Source: Candidatus Nitrospira inopinata (lineage in GTDB: Bacteria > Nitrospirota > Nitrospiria > Nitrospirales > Nitrospiraceae). From it: a stretch of DNA of 32,000 bases. A model generated the notes under the pieces. The model saw nothing but the letters and a program-made list of their open reading frames with translations. It was not told the origin of the DNA and searched no databases. Every line of letters begins with the position of its first letter. Positions within the stretch are counted from its first letter, which is position 1. The translations under genes were made by a program, and so were the position numbers. Of the stretch, positions 27,239 to 32,000 are shown piece by piece. Where the stretch lies: the NCBI RefSeq assembly GCF_001458695.1, contig NZ_LN885086.1, positions 2,370,001-2,402,000 on the forward strand, given 5' to 3'.

Positions 27239-28612
27239 ATGATGAATAATCGTTCACCGTTGCTCCTGGTCGATGATGATGAAACGATCCGCGACCAAAT
27301 GCGGTGGGCTTTGGCGGCCGACTATGAGGTGCTGGAGGCTGCGGATCGGCCGACGGCGCTGGTGCAGGTCAGAAAAATGATGCCGCGTCTGGTGCTGCTC
27401 GATTTGGGATTGCCTCCCGACGTGGACGGAGCCTCTGAAGGAATGGCGATTCTCCGCGCCACGTTGCAGATGAACCCCGCCGCCAAGGTCATCGTGATTA
27501 CCGGAAACAGCGATCGGGCTCGGGCCATCGAAGCCGTCCAAAACGGCGCCTATGATTTTATCGAGAAGCCGATCCAACTTGACGTGCTGAAGATCGTGTT
27601 GCAGCGGGCCTCGTATCTTGCGAGTCTGGAACAAGAGAACCGCGCGTTGCAGGAAGTCACAAGCGACAATCAGTTCGAGGGGTTGATCGGGGAAAGCCCT
27701 CAGATTCGAGAGCTGTTTCATATCATCCAGCGCGTGGGACCGTCTGATGCTCCGGTCCTGATTAGGGGAGAGAGCGGGACAGGAAAAGAATTGGTCGCCC
27801 GGGCGATCCATCGCCGGAGCGCCAGGTTCGAGCAGCCGTTTGTCGCCATCAACTGCGGGGCAATTCCGGACACCCTGCTGGAAAGCGAATTGTTCGGCCA
27901 TGAAAAGGGGGCCTTCACGGGGGCCGTTCAGCAGCGAAAGGGACGGATCGAACACGCGCAAGGAGGAACGCTCTTTCTCGATGAAATCGGAGACATTCCG
28001 CTCCCGCTCCAAGTCAAACTTCTGCGTTTTCTTCAAGAGCGCCAGATTCAACGATTGGGGGGGAAAGATCTCATCTCGATCGATGCCCGGATCATCGCGG
28101 CCACTCATATCGACCTGCGTCAGGCGATCGAGGACGGGCGGTTTCGGGAGGATCTGTATTATCGGCTTTGCGTGGTCACAATTTTCATACCGTCGCTCAG
28201 TGCTCGCCCCAGAGACGTTCCATTGCTTGCCCAGGCGTTCTTACGACGTATCGCCGATGAGCAGGGCAAACCGCTCGTTGGCTTCACGACCGAAGCGATG
28301 GAGGCCTTGCTCTCGCACCAGTGGCCAGGGAATGTGCGCGAGCTTGAGAATCGAATCAAACGCGCGGTCATCATGGCGGAGGGACGATATATCACGCCGT
28401 CCCACCTCGATTTGGGGCAGGAAGACAAAACCAAAGAGAGCACTTTGACTCTCAAGGGGCTCCGCGAAAGCCAAGAAAGGGATCTGGTCCGCCTTGCTAT
28501 GGAAAAGGCCAATGGCAATGTATCCCGCGCGGCGGCAGAACTTGGCATCAGTCGCCCGACTCTCTATCAGTTATTGGACCGGTATGGATTACGAAAGCCC
28601 AGGCAGAGCTGA
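27239..28612 (+). CDS. prsR: Sigma54-dependent response regulator (NtrC family), PEP-CTERM-box regulator PrsR type
   Basis: The receiver domain shows LLLVDDDETIRD ... LVLLDLGLPP. The AAA+ domain has Walker A GESGTGKE, the sigma54-contact loop GAFTGA, and Walker B LFLDEIGD. The C-terminal Fis-type HTH is NVSRAAAELGISRPTLYQLLDRYGL. Confidence 0.9.
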   Translation: MMNNRSPLLLVDDDETIRDQMRWALAADYEVLEAADRPTALVQVRKMMPRLVLLDLGLPPDVDGASEGMAILRATLQMNPAAKVIVITGNSDRARAIEAVQNGAYDFIEKPIQLDVLKIVLQRASYLASLEQENRALQEVTSDNQFEGLIGESPQIRELFHIIQRVGPSDAPVLIRGESGTGKELVARAIHRRSARFEQPFVAINCGAIPDTLLESELFGHEKGAFTGAVQQRKGRIEHAQGGTLFLDEIGDIPLPLQVKLLRFLQERQIQRLGGKDLISIDARIIAATHIDLRQAIEDGRFREDLYYRLCVVTIFIPSLSARPRDVPLLAQAFLRRIADEQGKPLVGFTTEAMEALLSHQWPGNVRELENRIKRAVIMAEGRYITPSHLDLGQEDKTKESTLTLKGLRESQERDLVRLAMEKANGNVSRAAAELGISRPTLYQLLDRYGLRKPRQS

Positions 28613-28721
28613 AAAAAGTGATGTGGCGGTGTTAAATCTTATGACAGATCAAGAGCCGTATCGTATCTCTTTGAAAAGACTGGCCTTTCTTTCATATTAT
28701 CGATCAGAATGATTGCTCGAC

Positions 28722-28738
28722 TGTAAAAGATTTTTCGG
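28722..28738 (+). promoter_or_regulatory. Candidate upstream activator motif TGTAAAAGATTTTTCGG, shared with 29666-29682
   Basis: It matches TGTAAAATGTTTTTCCA (29666-29682) at 13 of 17 positions, and the shared core is TGTAAAA-N2-TTTTTC. It lies ~92 nt upstream of the -24 GG at 28814. Confidence 0.35.
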
Positions 28739-28812
28739 AGAGAGCCTGATGCTATAAAAGGACGCTTTTAAGAATATCAAGAAAATCAAAGTTTTATGTT
28801 TTGAAATTTTAC

Positions 28813-28828
28813 CGGTACCGGTTTTGCT
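28813..28828 (+). promoter_or_regulatory. Candidate sigma54 (-24/-12) promoter: CGGTAC-CGGTT-TTGCT
   Basis: The GG (28814-28815) and GC (28826-28827) have canonical spacing. The element lies ~60 nt upstream of the ATG at 28889, in an AT-rich intergenic region directly downstream of the sigma54 activator gene. Confidence 0.5.
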
Positions 28829-28888
28829 CGTGTGAAGGATGGATGCGTTCTATTCATCCTGAAATTGTGAAAGGAGGAAGTATTAATA

Positions 28889-29479
28889 ATGAGGCTAAAT
28901 CGAACATTTCCACTTCTCATTGGTGCTGTAGCCCTGGGGATTGGGCTGAGCGGTACCCAGGTTTATGCCCTCGATCTGAGTCCATCGACGTCCGGGGTGG
29001 TGCTAGGGAGCTCACTGACGCCGCCAACCAGTTCATCGAACTGCGAGCCTGGCTGTGTGTACCGAGCCTTTGGTCTGCCCAATGATGGTTCGTTATCTTT
29101 GTTGTATAAGGCGAATCAGGGTACAACCGTAACAGAAGCTGGAACATTTGCAGCCAATTACAGCACGGTGTTTAATAGCGATGCCTCCGGTGGAACCATT
29201 AGTTTTACAGGAGGATCGTCAATTTCCTGTCCATCCTGCTATCTGGCTGTCAAAGATGGCAACCACAGTCCCACCTACTATTTCTTTAACCTGGCGAGCT
29301 GGAATGGAACAGAGACAATCAATCTCAGTGGGTTCTGGCCTGGTCCGGGAGCGATTTCTCATGTGTCGATTTGGGGAACGCCAAGCGCCGGTGTACCAGA
29401 ACCATCTTCCTTGCTTTTACTCGGTGCCGGGTTAGCGGGGGCGGGGATCTGGAGGCGGAAATTTGTGAGAGAACAGTAA
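28889..29479 (+). CDS. PEP-CTERM sorting-domain secreted protein (cargo 1)
   Basis: The RBS is AAGGAGGA (28871-28878). The signal peptide is MRLNRTFPLLIGAVALGIGLSGTQVYA. The C-terminus has VPEPSSLLLLGAGLAGAGIWRRKF, i.e. a PEP motif, a TM helix and a basic tail. Two CxxC motifs are present (CEPGC, CPSC). Confidence 0.9.
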   Translation: MRLNRTFPLLIGAVALGIGLSGTQVYALDLSPSTSGVVLGSSLTPPTSSSNCEPGCVYRAFGLPNDGSLSLLYKANQGTTVTEAGTFAANYSTVFNSDASGGTISFTGGSSISCPSCYLAVKDGNHSPTYYFFNLASWNGTETINLSGFWPGPGAISHVSIWGTPSAGVPEPSSLLLLGAGLAGAGIWRRKFVREQ

Positions 29480-29520
29480 AGGGCTGGGTTTCATACTGGA
29501 ATTTTGGCACTTTTTGTAAA

Positions 29521-29560
29521 GGCCGGTCTTCTTATTAAGAGGACCGGCCTTTTGTTTGTT
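29521..29560 (+). terminator. Rho-independent terminator
   Basis: The hairpin is GGCCGGTCTTC-TTATTAA-GAGGACCGGCC, an 11-bp stem with one G-U pair. It is followed by TTTTGTTTGTT and begins 42 nt after the stop of cargo 1. Confidence 0.85.
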
Positions 29561-29662
29561 ATCGTGTTGTCCATCATGGAGCCTCACGCCCGTCCCTTTT
29601 AGAAGCGATAGCGATGAAATCACCTAGCTCTTTAAACGGATTGAACTGACGCATGCAGAGTA

Positions 29663-29761
29663 ATTGTAAAATGTTTTTCCACTCCGTCAAATACTCACAT
29701 CACATTGTAAAATTGAATGATTTTGAATTGATGCTCTCTTCACATCCGATTGCATTGTAAA
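29663..29761 (+). promoter_or_regulatory. Three direct copies of ATTGTAAA (29663, 29704, 29754) upstream of the second sigma54 promoter. The first copy belongs to the TGTAAAA-N2-TTTTTC motif.
   Basis: The three octamers are exact and are spaced 41 and 50 nt apart. They lie 92-183 nt upstream of the -24 GG at 29846. The third copy also forms TGT-N11-ACA (TGTAAATCAGATAAACA). Confidence 0.35.
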
Positions 29762-29844
29762 TCAGATAAACAGCACGAAAATGATTCCTCGTGAGATCGA
29801 GAAAATTGTTACAGAGTATCAATAACTTAGAATTTAACAATTGC

Positions 29845-29860
29845 TGGTATCATGATTGCT
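29845..29860 (+). promoter_or_regulatory. Candidate sigma54 (-24/-12) promoter: TGGTAT-CATGA-TTGCT
   Basis: The GG (29846-29847) and GC (29858-29859) have canonical spacing. The element lies 42 nt upstream of the ATG at 29902 and inside the nominal 29791 ORF extension. Confidence 0.6.
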
Positions 29861-29901
29861 CACTATTCGGGGTACGTATTGGATTTTCTGAGGAGGAAAA
29901 C

Positions 29902-30609
29902 ATGGTCGTGCAATGTAGTGAAGTAGGGAAGAAGGGGCTGGTAATCGGACTAATAACTTTCTTTCTGTTACAGGCACCGGCCTGGGCGTTGCCGATAGTG
30001 TTCAATTTGGGCTATGGGGGGACGGTGTCCTATGGGGGCGGGACCAGTGCCTTTACCACGACCAACGGGGTGGTGCGGTCGGTGGGCAATGGGACCACGA
30101 CCCTGGCGATCACGGGAGGCGATCTGGACTTTGCCACGGGGCTCTACACGGGCGGGGCGTCGACGGGGACCGGGTTTCAGAACATGTATGCCGCGGGGGG
30201 CTCGTTCAGCATTTATGGGAACCTGGGCAGCGGGACGCAATTATTATTAGCGGGGACGTTTGCGGAGGCCTCGACCTTTACCTGTTGTGCGGGGGCGTTT
30301 CCGGTGTACACGTCGGCGTTCAGTGGGTTATTGCAGGTGACATCGCTTAACACGGATTTAGCCGCGGCGTTGGGGTTTAATTTACCGGCGACGGGGGCGT
30401 CGTTGGCGCAGGTGCAGATTCGGTTTGGGGCGGCGCCGACGCAGGCGGGGCAGGCGTTTAGTGGGATTCAGGGGGGCGGGGCCTTAGCGGTGACGGACAG
30501 TCCGTCGCAGGGGGTGCCGGAGCCGAGCGTGGTGTTGATGCTGGCCATGGGGATGCTGGGACTGGTGGTGTGGAGGAGGTTTTACATGGGGGGCGGATCA
30601 CATGCGTAG
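29902..30609 (+). CDS. PEP-CTERM sorting-domain secreted protein (cargo 2), Gly/Thr/Ala-rich
   Basis: The AGGAGG RBS (29891-29896) precedes the ATG at 29902. The signal peptide ends APAWA. The C-terminus is GVPEPSVVLMLAMGMLGLVVWRRF. It is a paralog of the next gene. The track's GTG start at 29791 would place the promoter-like element and an AT-rich leader inside the gene. Confidence 0.88.
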   Translation: MVVQCSEVGKKGLVIGLITFFLLQAPAWALPIVFNLGYGGTVSYGGGTSAFTTTNGVVRSVGNGTTTLAITGGDLDFATGLYTGGASTGTGFQNMYAAGGSFSIYGNLGSGTQLLLAGTFAEASTFTCCAGAFPVYTSAFSGLLQVTSLNTDLAAALGFNLPATGASLAQVQIRFGAAPTQAGQAFSGIQGGGALAVTDSPSQGVPEPSVVLMLAMGMLGLVVWRRFYMGGGSHA

Positions 30610-31321
30610 CCATTCAATGCTGATGAAAATGAAAGATTGTTCGACAGGGTGGTATCGGATTGGACTTGGACTTGCGTTCGCTGGCGCAATGGGATTTTCA
30701 ACGGCTACAGAGGCGAACGCTCTACCGATTGTCTTTGAATTTGGTTTTGGAGGCACGGTTTCATACGGCGGTGGTGCTAACCCGTTGGTCACAACAGGCG
30801 GAGTCGTGACGGCCGTCAACAATGGAACGACCGGTTTGTCAATCAACGGGGGATTGCTCGACTTTTCAACAGGTAATTATGTGAGTGGTGGAGCTACCGC
30901 CACCGGTTTTCAAAATCAATATGCCGGAGGTGGCGCACTCACCATTAGCGGTGACATTGGCGGAAGCGAGGTGGTTCTCTTGTCAGGTAGTTTTTCCGGA
31001 CCATCGGTGTTTGATTGTTGCACCAGTGCCGTGTCGTCTTTCAGCGGGTTGTTGAACATTTACCATGTTGATTCATCTCTGGCTTCGGCTCTAGGCTTCA
31101 ACCTTCCAGCGACGGGGGGATCCATCGCCCAGGTGCAAATTTTCTTTAACGGGTCTGCACCGACTGTCGCGGGAACCGCATTTTCTGGAATCCAAGGCGG
31201 CGGGTCTCTGACGGTTGCGGATAGCGCGGCAGGCGTTCCTGAACCAGGGGCTCTGCTTCTACTGGGGTTGGGATTGCTTGGTGGCACGGCGTATCGACTG
31301 ATGGCGGAGAAAAAAGCGTAG
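30602..31321 (+). CDS. PEP-CTERM sorting-domain secreted protein (cargo 3), a tandem paralog of cargo 2
   Basis: The signal peptide ends TEANA. The mature N-terminus LPIVFEFGFGGTVSYGGG parallels LPIVFNLGYGGTVSYGGG in cargo 2. The C-terminus is GVPEPGALLLLGLGLLGGTAYRL. The start overlaps the stop of cargo 2 by 8 nt, and the in-frame ATGs at 30617, 30623 and 30629 are alternatives. Confidence 0.85.
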   Translation: MRSHSMLMKMKDCSTGWYRIGLGLAFAGAMGFSTATEANALPIVFEFGFGGTVSYGGGANPLVTTGGVVTAVNNGTTGLSINGGLLDFSTGNYVSGGATATGFQNQYAGGGALTISGDIGGSEVVLLSGSFSGPSVFDCCTSAVSSFSGLLNIYHVDSSLASALGFNLPATGGSIAQVQIFFNGSAPTVAGTAFSGIQGGGSLTVADSAAGVPEPGALLLLGLGLLGGTAYRLMAEKKA

Positions 31322-31360
31322 CAGTTTTTAGAAAACGGCACAATCGCCGATTGAAAATCG

Positions 31361-31401
31361 ATGGGGCTGACCTTCTCGAGAAGGTCAGCCCCATTCTTTT
31401 T
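31361..31401. terminator. Strong hairpin terminator between convergent genes, probably bidirectional
   Basis: The hairpin ATGGGGCTGACCTTC-TCGA-GAAGGTCAGCCCCAT has a perfect 15-bp stem. TCTTTTT follows it on the + strand. On the - strand the stem is followed by CGATTTTC. It lies 40 nt after the cargo 3 stop and 24 nt after the stop of the minus-strand TPR gene. Confidence 0.85.
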
Positions 31402-31424
31402 GACCGTCGGAGAAGGATGGAAAG

Positions 31425-32000
31425 CTAGAGTTCTGATAAGATTTGCTGAGCTTCTTGCGCACCGGGAAAGTTCCGATCAAGTTTCAACGCCAGTTGGAGC
31501 GACTTCTTTGCTCCTTCTTTGTCTCCGTTTTTGTATTGCGCCATGCCCAGGTGATAGTGAACAACCGGGTGGGTCGGCAGTTTTTCAGCCGCTTCCTTCA
31601 ACAGGCTGATGGCGAGCGCGTAGGCGTTTTTCTTGTAGTAGAGCCAGCCGATCGTATCGGCAATGGCCGGATCGTTCGGCTGTTGCTCCCTCGCCGTTTG
31701 GGCGTAGTTCAGCGCCACGTCGAGATTGCCGCCCTGTTCGACCAACAGCCAGGCGAGATTGTTGGCGGCCGGCGCGAATTTTTGATTCAGGGCGAGGATC
31801 TTTTCATAGCGTGCCTTGGCTTTCTCATATTCGCGTTTTTGTTCGTGGATGACGCCCAACATCATGTGAGCCTGGATGGCTTGCGGTTCCTTGTCCACGA
31901 CGGCCTGATATTCAGCGGCAGCCCGATCCATTTTCTCGGCCTGGTAATAGAGTTGCCCGAGGTTCATGTAAGCCACAAGGAGAGAGTTGTCGAGTTCGAT
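31425..32000 (-). CDS. prsT: TPR-repeat protein, C-terminal part of a PrsT-like PEP-CTERM system TPR lipoprotein. The 5' end lies beyond the window.
   Basis: The frame stays open to nt 32000 (..IELDNSLLVAYMNLGQLYY..), so the listed start at 31976 is internal. Consecutive 34-aa TPR units are visible. The C-terminal pattern PNDPAIADTIGWLYYKKN...HPVVHYHLGMAQYKNGDKEGAKKSL is typical of PrsT tails. It sits next to prsK/prsR and the PEP-CTERM cargo. Confidence 0.7.
   Translation of the reverse strand: MELDNSLLVAYMNLGQLYYQAEKMDRAAAEYQAVVDKEPQAIQAHMMLGVIHEQKREYEKAKARYEKILALNQKFAPAANNLAWLLVEQGGNLDVALNYAQTAREQQPNDPAIADTIGWLYYKKNAYALAISLLKEAAEKLPTHPVVHYHLGMAQYKNGDKEGAKKSLQLALKLDRNFPGAQEAQQILSEL

Noticed and set aside
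27254-28108. A long antisense ORF (284 aa) lies opposite prsR. Similar shadow ORFs lie opposite asnB (1386-2081), the oxidoreductase fusion (3700-4389 and 3947-4522), the carbamoyltransferase (16852-17463) and SGNH paralog A (19345-19938).
   Set aside because: The sense-strand genes have unambiguous family motifs. The antisense translations are Arg/Pro/Ser-rich and low in complexity, which is typical of shadow ORFs in GC-rich coding DNA.
28801-29085. A 94-aa + strand ORF overlaps the cargo 1 promoter and 5' region.
   Set aside because: It starts at a TTG inside the promoter region and is out of frame with the well-supported PEP-CTERM ORF. It has no motifs.
29501-29516. TGGCAC at 29505-29510 looks like a perfect sigma54 -24 box.
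   Set aside because: The -12 position does not fit. The sequence reads TGGCAC-TTTTT-GTAA, so no GC falls at the required spacing. The site also sits between the cargo 1 stop codon and its terminator hairpin, and no gene is positioned to use it.
29791-29901. A GTG-initiated N-terminal extension of cargo 2 (track ORF 29791-30609).
   Set aside because: The extension is AT-rich, lacks signal-peptide character and contains the -24/-12 element. A strong AGGAGG RBS precedes the ATG at 29902, and that start gives a normal signal peptide.

Overview
All but one of the genes in this window are on the + strand. It reads as an exopolysaccharide biosynthesis and modification island, joined at its 3' end to the regulatory and cargo module of a PEP-CTERM/exosortase system.

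- **1-11.7 kb:** sugar and precursor tailoring genes. These are a PaaK/CapK-like adenylating enzyme, an AsnB-like amidotransferase, a fused Gfo/Idh/MocA-SDR oxidoreductase/epimerase, two class I methyltransferases, an SGNH esterase, a DUF218 protein, two GT-B glycosyltransferases and a lipoprotein of unknown function.
- **12-16 kb:** a secreted beta-helix protein and an AT3-SGNH O-acyltransferase. The acyltransferase sits between non-coding debris and a decayed IS3-family transposase.
- **16.9-25 kb:** a carbamoyltransferase-SxtJ-DUF5989 cassette. It is followed by membrane-anchored SGNH paralogs (one frameshifted), a deacetylase-like protein and an FkbM methyltransferase.
- **25-32 kb:** the PEP-CTERM histidine kinase and sigma54 response regulator (PrsK/PrsR), three PEP-CTERM cargo genes, and the 3' end of a convergent PrsT-like TPR gene.

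No exosortase, rRNA, tRNA or CRISPR array was seen by eye.

The observations most worth following up:
- Four sigma54-type -24/-12 elements. Two lie in front of PEP-CTERM genes and two in front of glycan-modifying genes.
- A shared upstream motif, TGTAAAA-N2-TTTTTC.
- An AT-rich methyltransferase cassette flanked by a ~106-bp direct repeat that duplicates the start of the next gene.
- A frameshift in an A5 run of one SGNH paralog.
- A tandem PEP-CTERM paralog pair with sharply different codon usage.

All functional calls come from motif and family recognition by eye. No searches or computations were run.
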